Source of the DNA: a virus
IMG/VR virus record: IMGVR_UViG_3300044633_000899
Location: 23,306 to 87,305 of that record
DNA length: 64,000 nt
Reading direction: 5' to 3' (one strand)
Numbering within the stretch: the first letter of the stretch is position 1; each line of letters opens with the position of its first letter. The position numbers and the translations under genes are program-made. This document shows positions 1 to 8,751 of the stretch, piece after piece. The notes below the pieces were generated by a model. That model was not told the origin of the DNA and did not search any database. It was given only the letters and a program-made list of their open reading frames with translations.

Positions 1-1
1 A

Positions 2-676
2 GAAGAAACGTCGTTGATTGAAAAGAAACGGATTGAAGAGGAGTTAATACAAGGTAACCTACGTTTTGTTATCACCGTCGCAAAACAATATCAAAATCAA
101 GGTCTTGAATTACCAGACTTAATTGCCGAAGGAAATCTTGGTTTAATGAAAGCAATTAAACATTTTGATTGGACAAAAGATCTTAGATTTATATCATATG
201 CTGTTTGGTGGGTTAAACAATCAATAATACAATCACTAAATGATAATTCAAGAACAATACGACTACCAGTTAATGTTGTCCAGGATTTACAACGAGCAAA
301 AAAAGAAGTTGAACAGAACGGTAAAAAAATAGACGATAAATTCTCTGCATTACCATCAATTATCAACTTGGATATGAACATCAATGAAGAAGGTGATACG
401 TTAGTAGACATCATCCAGAACCATAACGCTGAAGCACCAGACGCATGTTTTGATACCAAAGATATTTTAAAACAAAAATTAATATCGTTATTGGACGTAT
501 TGGATGATCGTGAAAAAGTTATTGTTGAAGATTACTTTGGTTTAAGTGGAACACCAAGAACTTTAGAAGACATTGGATCCGATTTTAACTTAACGAAAGA
601 ACGCGTTAGACAGGTAAAGGAAAAAAGTTTAAGAAAGTTAAGAAACCATTGTTCTGAATTATTTGATTATTTATAA
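2..676 (+). CDS. RNA polymerase sigma-70 family factor (ORF open to window start; 5' end probably upstream)
   Basis: Region 2-like LRFVITVAKQY...GLMKAIKHFDW...FISYAVWWVKQSI and region 4 HTH LEDIGSDFNLTKERVRQVKEKSLRKLR. Confidence 0.85.
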   Translation, partial: EETSLIEKKRIEEELIQGNLRFVITVAKQYQNQGLELPDLIAEGNLGLMKAIKHFDWTKDLRFISYAVWWVKQSIIQSLNDNSRTIRLPVNVVQDLQRAKKEVEQNGKKIDDKFSALPSIINLDMNINEEGDTLVDIIQNHNAEAPDACFDTKDILKQKLISLLDVLDDREKVIVEDYFGLSGTPRTLEDIGSDFNLTKERVRQVKEKSLRKLRNHCSELFDYL

Positions 677-768
677 ATCAATATTGATTTGCTAAAATAT
701 GTTAAAAAAAATTTTTGTATTGAAAAATAACATACCTTTGTCTTGTTAATCATTTAAAAATATGTCTT

Positions 769-999
769 ATGTTGAATTTATGTAAAAAGGTTGAAAAGGA
801 TTTCCAAATCCTTAAAAGTGGTGTTAAGAATGACACGCTTACAATCAACGAGATTGATACTATGAGTTTTGAATTACTTGGTATTTTAGGAACATTGACA
901 CAAAACAATGTTGTTAACATCAACGGAAAGGAAACTGTTGATAAATACAAAGATCGTGTTTGGATGATTATTGAGAACGTAGGTTTATTGGCCGACTAA
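769..999 (+). CDS. hypothetical small protein (76 aa)
   Basis: ORF between sigma gene and terminator; no motif recognised. Confidence 0.35.
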   Translation: MLNLCKKVEKDFQILKSGVKNDTLTINEIDTMSFELLGILGTLTQNNVVNINGKETVDKYKDRVWMIIENVGLLAD

Positions 1000-1032
1000 A
1001 CTTGATAATTAATTTCTTGAAAATATTTGATT

Positions 1033-1059
1033 CCCACCGTAAATGGTGGGTTTTTTTTT
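1033..1059 (+). terminator. intrinsic terminator
   Basis: hairpin cccaccgtaaatggtggg followed by T9. Confidence 0.7.
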
Positions 1060-1105
1060 GATCATATCATTTGACATTAAAAAACGTTTCACCTATATTT
1101 CATCT

Positions 1106-1942
1106 ATGAATGTATTAAGTTTATTTGATGGATTATCTTGTGGTCAAATTGCCCTTAATAGAGTTGGAATTAAATACAACAAGTATTTTGCGTCAGAGAT
1201 TGACGAATACGCGATTAAAGTAACCCAACAGAATTATCCAGGAACAACCCAAATTGGTGATGTAACACAAGTTAAAGGATCTGAGTTACCACAAATTGAT
1301 CTTATCATTGGTGGATCACCTTGTCAAGGATTTTCATTTGCGGGAAAAGGTTTAAATTTTGACGATCCAAGAAGTGCTTTATTCTTTGAATTTGTTAGAT
1401 TAGTAAAAGAATGTAATCCGAAATACTTTTTACTTGAAAATGTTAAAATGAAAAAAGAACACGAAGATGTTATTACTGAACATATGGGGATTAAACCTAT
1501 TAAGATTAATAGTAAATTAGTATCAGCACAAAGTAGGGAAAGACTATATTGGACTAATATTCCGAACATAAAACAACCGGAAGATAAAGGTATTTTAGTT
1601 AAAGATATTTTAGATTATACCACCGAACATAAACTTTTAACTGAGAAGGGTATTAAATCACAAATCCATTATGCCAAAAATTACAAGTCAATAGGTAAAT
1701 CACCAACATTAACTAGTGAATTGGCGCACGGTTGGGGTAAGAACATCACACCCAAATGTTATATTGAAATAAAAGCAATTACTGGTGAGGATAGGTTATT
1801 CTCACCATTAGAATGTGAACGATTACAAACAGTTCCAGATAATTACACTTCAGTTGTATCAAATACACAAAGATATAAAATGTTGGGGAATGGATGGACA
1901 GTAGATGTAATCGCACATATATTTAAAAATATTGAAATATGA
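1106..1942 (+). CDS. DNA (cytosine-5)-methyltransferase, tandem paralog 1
   Basis: Motif I LSLFDGLSCGQ, motif IV GGSPCQGFSFAG (PCQ), ENV, C-terminal QRYKMLGNGWTVDVI; start moved to ATG 1106 (MNVLSLFDG) because the track start overlaps the terminator. Confidence 0.9.
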   Translation: MNVLSLFDGLSCGQIALNRVGIKYNKYFASEIDEYAIKVTQQNYPGTTQIGDVTQVKGSELPQIDLIIGGSPCQGFSFAGKGLNFDDPRSALFFEFVRLVKECNPKYFLLENVKMKKEHEDVITEHMGIKPIKINSKLVSAQSRERLYWTNIPNIKQPEDKGILVKDILDYTTEHKLLTEKGIKSQIHYAKNYKSIGKSPTLTSELAHGWGKNITPKCYIEIKAITGEDRLFSPLECERLQTVPDNYTSVVSNTQRYKMLGNGWTVDVIAHIFKNIEI

Positions 1943-2736
1943 ATGTATTAAGTTTATTTGACGGCATGTCAGTAGGACAAATTGCTCTTAATAGAGTTGG
2001 AATTAAGTATGACAAATATTTTGCATCAGAGATTGATAAATTTGCAATACAAGTAACACAATGTAATTATCCAGAAACAACCCAAATTGGGGATGTAACA
2101 CAAGTGAAAGGTTCCGATCTGCCACAAATTGATCTTATTATTGGTGGATCACCTTGTCAAGGATTTTCATTTGCTGGTAAACAATTGAATTTTGATGATC
2201 CAAGAAGTGCTTTATTCTTTGAGTTTGTTAGGTTAATTGAAGAATGTAAACCAAAGTATTTTCTACTTGAAAATGTTGTGATGAAAAAAGAATATGAAGA
2301 TATTATCACACAACATATGGGTGTAAAACCAATTCTCATAAATAGTAATCTTGTTTCAGCACAAAATAGAAAACGACTTTATTGGACCAACATTCCAAAC
2401 ATAGAACAACCAGAAGATTTAAATATAACTATGTCTGACATACTTTTAAGTGGTCAACATATACTTGTCTCAAAACAAAAAAAGGAACATAAACCTGGTG
2501 GTGATAAAACGGCAACATTACTTGCTAGAGACTATAAAGGATTTGGTAATCAACAAATGAGTGGTGCTATGGACAATGGTAATATTAGAATGTTTACACC
2601 TGTAGAATATGAAAGATTACAAACTGTTCCAGATAATTACACCTCTGTCGTCTCAAACACCCAAAGATATAAAATGCTTGGAAATGGATGGACTGTTGAT
2701 GTAATTGCACATATATTTAAAAATATAGAAATATGA
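1939..2736 (+). CDS. DNA (cytosine-5)-methyltransferase, tandem paralog 2 (different TRD)
   Basis: Same N- and C-terminal catalytic motifs as paralog 1; ATGA overlap with upstream gene; central ~70 aa unrelated. Confidence 0.9.
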   Translation: MNVLSLFDGMSVGQIALNRVGIKYDKYFASEIDKFAIQVTQCNYPETTQIGDVTQVKGSDLPQIDLIIGGSPCQGFSFAGKQLNFDDPRSALFFEFVRLIEECKPKYFLLENVVMKKEYEDIITQHMGVKPILINSNLVSAQNRKRLYWTNIPNIEQPEDLNITMSDILLSGQHILVSKQKKEHKPGGDKTATLLARDYKGFGNQQMSGAMDNGNIRMFTPVEYERLQTVPDNYTSVVSNTQRYKMLGNGWTVDVIAHIFKNIEI

Positions 2737-3641
2737 ATGTATTAAGTTTATTTGATGGGTTATCTTGCGGTCAAATCGCATTGAACCGTGCTGATATTAA
2801 ATATGAAAATTATTTTGCTTCCGAAATTGACAAACACGCAATCAAGGTAACGCAACACAATTACCCAAACACAATACAACTTGGAAGTGTTACAGAAATT
2901 AAAGGGTCTGATTTACCACAAATTGATCTTATCATTGGTGGATCACCGTGTCAAGGATTTTCATTCGCTGGTAAACAATTAAACTTTGATGATCCACGAA
3001 GTAAATTATTTTTTGAGTTTGTTAGACTAAAAAATGAGTTAAATCCAAAATACTTTTTACTTGAAAACGTTGTGATGAAACAAGAGTTCCAGGATGTAAT
3101 AACCGAGTATCTGGGTGTCAAACCAATTAAGATTAATAGTAAATTGGTATCAGCACAAACCAGAGAAAGATTATATTGGACTAATATACCAAATTTAAAA
3201 CAACCAGAGGATTGTGGAATAACATTAAATGATATCTTGGAGGATATTGGTATAAATGGTGAATCTTTTGATAAAACAAAATTAAATAAAGCGACAATAT
3301 TAGGTAGAAGATTAGATTCTCGTGGTAAACGGATGGATTATGACAAAACAATCCCAATTACACAATGTTTGGAGGTTAGAGCGACAAATAGAGATAAAAG
3401 TAATTGTTTAACAACGGTTGCAAAAGATAATGTTTTAACAACACTACCAATTGGTCGTCACGTTGACGCATTTAAAAAGAATTTACCATTCAGATATTTT
3501 ACAATAAAAGAACATTGTAGACTACAAACCGTACCAGATACTTATTTTGATGGTGTTGCGAGTGAAAATCAAATTAGAAAAATGTTAGGAAATGGGTGGA
3601 CAGTTGATGTTATTTCACATATTTTTAAAAATATTTTGTGA
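2733..3641 (+). CDS. DNA (cytosine-5)-methyltransferase, tandem paralog 3 (different TRD)
   Basis: MNVLSLFDGLSCGQ, GGSPCQGFSFAG, ENV, MLGNGWTVDVI; longer unrelated central region. Confidence 0.9.
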   Translation: MNVLSLFDGLSCGQIALNRADIKYENYFASEIDKHAIKVTQHNYPNTIQLGSVTEIKGSDLPQIDLIIGGSPCQGFSFAGKQLNFDDPRSKLFFEFVRLKNELNPKYFLLENVVMKQEFQDVITEYLGVKPIKINSKLVSAQTRERLYWTNIPNLKQPEDCGITLNDILEDIGINGESFDKTKLNKATILGRRLDSRGKRMDYDKTIPITQCLEVRATNRDKSNCLTTVAKDNVLTTLPIGRHVDAFKKNLPFRYFTIKEHCRLQTVPDTYFDGVASENQIRKMLGNGWTVDVISHIFKNIL

Positions 3642-3669
3642 AAGTTGTTATTTATTCAAAATAAAGTGT

Positions 3670-3677
3670 TACATTTG
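3670..3677 (+). promoter_or_regulatory. Bacteroidetes-type -7 promoter element TAcaTTTG
   Basis: tacatttg directly upstream of an ORF-free GC-enriched region; same motif precedes many CDS starts in the window. Confidence 0.45.
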
Positions 3678-3684
3678 TACTGTT

Positions 3685-3990
3685 GGATTAATCAACAACT
3701 TGTTTTTGGACTCCCAAGTATAGAAAAGGAGTTTATCACTTAACTCACGGGTTAGGTGGGGTGATTGAAAAAGATGGGAGATCCCCAAAATACACAGAAA
3801 CGTGGTAATTACCAGCCATCCCATATACGGCTAGATGGGCGTTAAGTCTTTACGAGATAAGGACAGAAAGGACGGGTTAAAAATCACAAATGAGCTCAAA
3901 GTGATGGTTTAAGTAGAAGTAGTTTGGGAAGAAACGAGCCCAGGCTGATAGGAAGATGGAAGACGATTAAGATACTAATATCCTATCCTA
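3685..3990 (+). ncRNA. candidate structured non-coding RNA (unclassified)
   Basis: About 300 nt with no ORF >60 aa on the plus strand; GC content clearly above the flanks; several short stem-loops (tgggg..cccca, cccat..atggg, atcac..gtgat); -7 motif upstream. Confidence 0.35.
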
Positions 3991-3991
3991 C

Positions 3992-4414
3992 TTAAGCAAC
4001 CCAAATTACAACTTGATTATCACCAACTCTAAAAGGATTTGAAGGTGATTCCCTAAATACAGTTGAAATTTCTAATCTCCAGTAAGTACCCCCAATATGT
4101 ATAGGGTTTATCGCTAACGCTAATTCCCGTTCAACTGATTTAACGACAAATGGTTTTTTGTTAAAAATTTCTCTATTAATAATTTTTTCGGCGATATCAC
4201 CCTTAACTAGTGAAATAAGTTCTTTAATTTCTCTATTTTCAATAGGGTTCTGATTATAATCTGTTCCATCAAGTTCTGGTCTTGTAGATCTATCAAAAGC
4301 ATGACTCCTCCTGTCAACTTCAAAATTAAATGAAACCTCAAGATTTGAAACAACTTGTGCTATTTTCTTTTCAAGTATTAAATGTTTTCTAATTGACTCT
4401 CTAAGTAGTGACAT
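3992..4414 (-). CDS. hypothetical protein (140 aa)
   Basis: Minus-strand ORF converging on the ncRNA candidate; no motif recognised. Confidence 0.5.
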   Translation of the reverse strand: MSLLRESIRKHLILEKKIAQVVSNLEVSFNFEVDRRSHAFDRSTRPELDGTDYNQNPIENREIKELISLVKGDIAEKIINREIFNKKPFVVKSVERELALAINPIHIGGTYWRLEISTVFRESPSNPFRVGDNQVVIWVA

Positions 4415-4462
4415 ATCTATTAAACTTTATTATAAGTATTTATTTGTTATATTTTAGTCATT

Positions 4463-5548
4463 ATGAAAGAAAAATTTTTACCTTGGTTTATGTTAGTGTG
4501 TGCGTTAGGTCTATCTGGTACCGCAGCATACTATAGTGTTATTGGATTATCCGTTGTGTTTATTAGTGTTGCAACACCAGTTATTATTATGGGATCATTC
4601 CTTGAGATCTCAAAAATCGCAATTGCGACCTATTTACACGACAAATGGAATGAAACATACGGAATGTTAAAGTTCTATATGACAACTGCCTTAATTACAT
4701 TATCAATAATTACATCAATTGGTATTTACGGACTTTTGAGTACTGGATTCCAGGGAAATATTGCCAAAATGGAAATCAATGAAAAACGAATTAAAAATAT
4801 TGAGGTTAAGAAGAATCGGTTTATAGAAATAAAAGATGAATTAATTGATGAGAAAACAATATTAAATGGTGATATAACAAAATTGAGAGATGGACTATCA
4901 AATAATACAACGACACAAACAGTTGACAGAAAAACAGGACAATTAATAACCAAGGCCAACGAGGGTAATAGGAAATCTTTTGAAACTCAATTACAACAAG
5001 CACAAGTCAGACGAGACGATATTTCAAAAAAGATTGACAATTGTAACGACAGTATTACCAATTTGGATGTTCAAATCTTAGATATGGAATCAGCAGAAAT
5101 TGAAGGTAGTGAACTTGGGGCTATAAAATACATTGGAGAAATATTAGATTGGGATATAAAAAAAGTTGCCAACTTATTTATATTGATATTAATTTTTGTT
5201 TTTGATCCGTTAGCGATAACATTAGTGATTGCAACAAATCAATTGTTTAAATCAAACAAGAAAAAGAATCCGACAACACAAAAAATTGAGACGGATAATA
5301 CCAAAATAGAAACAGAAAAAATTTGGGAAAAGGCAAACCAATTACGAGAAGAAGGTAAATTAGAACCACCAACCACAGAAGACATTATTAATGAACCAAC
5401 GGCTTTGGCCAATTCACAATACCGAAATGAATATAATATAGAACGGGAACCATTAAATCTGAACCAAGAGATAAATTGGGTTCAGACAAGTGAAGAAAAT
5501 AATGGTGAGGTTAATCAAAACATAAAAAGATTGATATATAAGAAATAA
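4463..5548 (+). CDS. membrane protein with three N-terminal TM helices and a long coiled-coil
   Basis: Hydrophobic N-terminus (FMLVCALGLSGTAAYYSVIGLSVVFISVATPVIIMGSF...), K/E-rich heptad-like middle, second hydrophobic stretch (LFILILIFVFDPLAITLVIA). Confidence 0.6.
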   Translation: MKEKFLPWFMLVCALGLSGTAAYYSVIGLSVVFISVATPVIIMGSFLEISKIAIATYLHDKWNETYGMLKFYMTTALITLSIITSIGIYGLLSTGFQGNIAKMEINEKRIKNIEVKKNRFIEIKDELIDEKTILNGDITKLRDGLSNNTTTQTVDRKTGQLITKANEGNRKSFETQLQQAQVRRDDISKKIDNCNDSITNLDVQILDMESAEIEGSELGAIKYIGEILDWDIKKVANLFILILIFVFDPLAITLVIATNQLFKSNKKKNPTTQKIETDNTKIETEKIWEKANQLREEGKLEPPTTEDIINEPTALANSQYRNEYNIEREPLNLNQEINWVQTSEENNGEVNQNIKRLIYKK

Positions 5549-6144
5549 TGACAAAAATTATTAAGTATGGAAAATTTGTTGGTCTTGGTATTAATGAAAA
5601 TAAACGACAAATTGTTTTAATTCATTCTGGTAGACCAAGTGATGAATATTTAACATCACTTAAATATCGTCTGAATGGTAATTACGAAAAAATACCTAAT
5701 TATTTTATAGATAAAGATGGTAAGATTTTACAATTATTACCAAAGGAGGAAACCTCAAAAAACTTTAATATTAGTGTTGTTGATAAGAACGCAATTGTTA
5801 TTTGTTTGGAAAATTTGGGTTGGTTAGAAAAAGAACCATTAAAAAATGGTTACATTAACTGGATTGGTAATATTTATAAAGGTAAGGTGTACGAAAAAAA
5901 ATGGAGAGACTACATTTTTTGGGATCCTTACACTGAAGAACAAACTAATTCAACGTTATTCTTGTGTAAGAAACTAATCGCACAAATGAATATTGACAAT
6001 AAGTTTGTTGGACATAACACTAAAATTAACGGTGCTGAAAAATTTTTTGGAGTACTAACAAGAAGTAATTTCTTTATGGAAACAACAGATTTAAATCCAT
6101 CGTTTAATTTTGAATATTTTTTAAAAAAAATTGAAGATGAATAG
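5548..6144 (+). CDS. putative N-acetylmuramoyl-L-alanine amidase (Amidase_2/PGRP-like)
   Basis: Blocks resembling T7-lysozyme-type amidases: QIVLIHSGR, YFIDKDGKIL, AIVICLENLGW, YTEEQTNSTLFLCKKLIAQ. Confidence 0.45.
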   Translation: MTKIIKYGKFVGLGINENKRQIVLIHSGRPSDEYLTSLKYRLNGNYEKIPNYFIDKDGKILQLLPKEETSKNFNISVVDKNAIVICLENLGWLEKEPLKNGYINWIGNIYKGKVYEKKWRDYIFWDPYTEEQTNSTLFLCKKLIAQMNIDNKFVGHNTKINGAEKFFGVLTRSNFFMETTDLNPSFNFEYFLKKIEDE

Positions 6145-6718
6145 ATATGACGAAATTAAATCACTTTTAAGTGCATCAAGAAAAGTACTTAAAAACACAT
6201 TAAATGAAAGTGAAATTTATAAAATTAAATCAACCCACGGATTACTAACGGAACAAGAGGATGTTGAAAAGGAATATGAAACTTTTGATGGTGAAGAAGA
6301 AGATGGTAATGAGGAAGAAACTGTAAATAAATCAGATAAAAAACGAGCATACAGAATTTCTGGTGGTGTATTTGTTATCCACAGTAAAGAACCTAAAAAT
6401 TTACAACTTACAACTGAAGACAAACGAGCATTCCAAGAAACAATGGATGAGTTTACCGCCGACGTATCTGAATTGGTTGATTTTGACAAGTTAAATTTAT
6501 ATGACAATAATGTTGAGTGGTCTGGTAAAATAAATGAATTGGATGTTGAGTTCTTTTTATCAATTGGTGAAAAGAATGGTATTTATATAAATGGGACTAT
6601 GACCAAGGTTGACGATGAGTATATGGAGTTTTTGACAAATTTAAAACAATATTACGATAAATTTAAAACTAAATGGTCACAAGTAATCTCATCAAGAAAA
6701 AAAACACCAATAGAATGA
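6131..6718 (+). CDS. hypothetical acidic protein
   Basis: ORF overlaps the upstream stop; E/D-rich. Confidence 0.5.
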   Translation: MKMNRYDEIKSLLSASRKVLKNTLNESEIYKIKSTHGLLTEQEDVEKEYETFDGEEEDGNEEETVNKSDKKRAYRISGGVFVIHSKEPKNLQLTTEDKRAFQETMDEFTADVSELVDFDKLNLYDNNVEWSGKINELDVEFFLSIGEKNGIYINGTMTKVDDEYMEFLTNLKQYYDKFKTKWSQVISSRKKTPIE

Positions 6719-7068
6719 AAGAATTTGTAATTAATAATTTTCAGTTTATAATTCAATCAATAGGTACAATATTGTTAATTGTATTATTAATTAGATCTTG
6801 TAGTCCAATTGAGGATAGATCAGAGTTATTGCAGTATAAATTAGACCAATTAGATACTAAAATTGAAGACTTAAATAAACAACAAAAAATGTTAAACGAT
6901 TCAATAATCGGTTATAAAAAGGATATATTAAAAATTGATTCAACAATATCAAAAATAAAAACCGATAGAAAAACAATTAACAATTATTATGAAGTACAGA
7001 GGGATATAATTCTAGGTTATACCGCTAAACAAATTGACTCCGCGTTAAGAATTAAATATAAATATTAA
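6715..7068 (+). CDS. membrane-anchored coiled-coil protein
   Basis: MKEFVINNFQFIIQSIGTILLIVLLI TM segment followed by a coiled-coil; start moved to ATG 6715. Confidence 0.5.
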   Translation: MKEFVINNFQFIIQSIGTILLIVLLIRSCSPIEDRSELLQYKLDQLDTKIEDLNKQQKMLNDSIIGYKKDILKIDSTISKIKTDRKTINNYYEVQRDIILGYTAKQIDSALRIKYKY

Positions 7069-7069
7069 A

Positions 7070-7480
7070 ATGAAAAACACACTTATTCTTTTTTTTATAT
7101 TATTAACCAATATTTCTTTTGGTCAAATAATTGAATCTGACACAACAACACTATTAATACCAGTTAATGTTGGAAAATCTATTTTGGTTGACTTGAATGA
7201 TTTAGAGCGATTGAAAAAACAAGAAGTGACGTATAAAAATGAAATACAACAACTAGAAAACAAAGTATTTAAAAACGAAAAGATAATAACTAGTTTAGAG
7301 GATAAGGATAAAAAAAACAATGAGATAATTGAATTAAAGGATTCAAAGTATAAATTAGTTGACGAGGAAAACAAACAATTACGTGATGATATTAAAAAAA
7401 TCAAAACTAAGAATGTAATTATTGAAATTGTTGGTGGATCAATTATAGCCGCATTAACTTATATTATAACCTTTAAATGA
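7070..7480 (+). CDS. exported coiled-coil protein (signal peptide, C-terminal TM)
   Basis: N-terminus MKNTLILFFILLTNISFGQ, K/E coiled-coil, C-terminal IVGGSIIAALTYIITF. Confidence 0.5.
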   Translation: MKNTLILFFILLTNISFGQIIESDTTTLLIPVNVGKSILVDLNDLERLKKQEVTYKNEIQQLENKVFKNEKIITSLEDKDKKNNEIIELKDSKYKLVDEENKQLRDDIKKIKTKNVIIEIVGGSIIAALTYIITFK

Positions 7481-8574
7481 TGGAAGACACTATTAAACAA
7501 GATATAACACAAATGGTTAACAGTTTAACGGCAGGAAATAATGACGCCAGAGTTGCTGCAAACAAATCCTTGAATGAAGATGGTAATGAAAGAAATCCTG
7601 AAGACTATTTAGTTGAACCCAACGATATGGTTATTATTTTAAATCTAGTTAAAAATAAAAAACTATCTGCGAATAAAATAAAACAAAAAATTAGAGAGTA
7701 TCTTAAAGATCCTAACACACTAAAAAGTTTCTTAAAATCAATAATTGACAGTAGAGGTAAAAAAGAAACAAAAGAAATGACTGGTACATCTTCAGCTGGG
7801 GGATATTCAGAACCGTTATTCACGAAAATGGAAACAAAAGAAGCGACAGGTTCATCCTCATCTGGTTCATATGAAACACCAAAGATATGGGCTAAAAGTA
7901 CGAATAAAAAAGACTGGAGAGGTAAATCAAAACCACAAATACCTGGTGGTAAGTTTGTTCAGGTTAAGAAAAAATGTAAAAAGTTTCCATATTGTAATCA
8001 AGGTGATATTAACGCCCTTAATATTTTTGAAGATAAAATGTTGATAAATGCGGTAAATAAGGTTTCGCAAAAATTTGGTATAAATAAAGATATAATCAAA
8101 GAAATAATTGAAGTTGAGATTAGTAATACAACAACCGAAAATCAATACAAACTAATTAAAGAAAATATTTCTTTAAAAGAAAAATTAAGGAACCTAATCA
8201 AAAAGATTGGTTTTGAATCTGTAACAAAGATTGTTGGATCTTTGGATAAAACTTTTGAAATCTTTGATATTAAAGAACCGATGGATTTCTTAAACTTGTT
8301 TAACGATCTGGATGTTGTTCAGAGTGAAGACCTTGACTCTTGGACGTTATATCGTTATAAAAAAGGTCATAATTTTATTGTTTACGATAGAGAAAGTGAT
8401 GAGATTTATATTAATTATTATGAAATTTGGTCGGTTTTGGAAGACAAATTTGGTCTTAAATACTCTGAAATACAGGAACTTACAAAGATATGGTTGGATG
8501 AGGTCTACAATTTAAGGGGTGTCACATCATTGATAATTGGTGTTGATGACAGTTGTATGAGGTCTACAATTTAA
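7477..8574 (+). CDS. repeat-associated family protein A (about 220-aa unique N-terminal part + conserved ~130-aa module)
   Basis: C-terminal 140 aa about 75% identical to ORFs 26575-26997, 53750-54148 and 55672-56121; contains internal TENQYKLIKENISLKEKL; the last codons are encoded by the 36-nt repeat. Confidence 0.7.
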   Translation: MMEDTIKQDITQMVNSLTAGNNDARVAANKSLNEDGNERNPEDYLVEPNDMVIILNLVKNKKLSANKIKQKIREYLKDPNTLKSFLKSIIDSRGKKETKEMTGTSSAGGYSEPLFTKMETKEATGSSSSGSYETPKIWAKSTNKKDWRGKSKPQIPGGKFVQVKKKCKKFPYCNQGDINALNIFEDKMLINAVNKVSQKFGINKDIIKEIIEVEISNTTTENQYKLIKENISLKEKLRNLIKKIGFESVTKIVGSLDKTFEIFDIKEPMDFLNLFNDLDVVQSEDLDSWTLYRYKKGHNFIVYDRESDEIYINYYEIWSVLEDKFGLKYSEIQELTKIWLDEVYNLRGVTSLIIGVDDSCMRSTI

Positions 8575-8656
8575 GGGGAGTCACACCCTTTCATATAACT
8601 TATGCAATTGACTTAGAGTAGTTGGATGAGGTCTACAATTTAAGATAGTTCATACT
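8493..8656 (+). CRISPR. CRISPR-like mini-array A: 36-nt repeat x3 (third copy degenerate in its 3' half), spacers 23 and 33 nt
   Basis: GTTGGATGAGGTCTACAATTTAAGGGG(A/T)GTCACA(C/T)C at 8493-8528, 8552-8587 and 8621-8656; unique intervening sequence. Confidence 0.4.
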
Positions 8657-8751
8657 TGAGTATACTAAGTTAACAAAACAAATAATGTTAACAAAAAATA
8701 AAATAATAAAATATTATTAAAATTTAAGATATTTATAATAAAACAAACAAA

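Noticed and set aside
97-459. Antisense ORFs inside confident genes (e.g. 97-459(-), 1324-1569(-), 2157-2339(-), 4726-5003(-), 7123-7404(-), 12962-13285(-), 15113-15523(-), 23757-24104(+), 58515-58826(-))
   Set aside because: They lie wholly within longer ORFs that carry clear protein motifs on the opposite strand. They are low-complexity translations typical of AT-rich DNA.
1043-1105. Track start of the first methyltransferase at 1043 (MVGFFLIISFD...)
   Set aside because: That start lies inside the terminator hairpin/T-run at 1033-1059. The paralogs all begin MNVLSLFDG, so the start was placed at ATG 1106.
3660-3991. GC-rich intergenic region as tRNA, tmRNA, RNase P RNA, or group I/II intron
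   Set aside because: There is no T-loop (GTTCRANYC), no cloverleaf and no tmRNA tag ORF or CCA-type end. Only vague resemblance to RNase P conserved regions was seen. No split host gene and no intron-encoded domain V or RT were found. It is kept as an unclassified ncRNA candidate.
8493-8656. 36-nt repeats as replication-origin iterons, integron attC sites or shufflon crossover sites
   Set aside because: Iterons are usually clustered at one locus with helical phasing, whereas here there are four loci with irregular 59-69-bp spacing. attC sites are imperfect palindromes, and these repeats have no dyad symmetry. Shufflon sites are inverted, and these are direct. Recombination-site and gene-conversion explanations are not excluded and are stated as alternatives.
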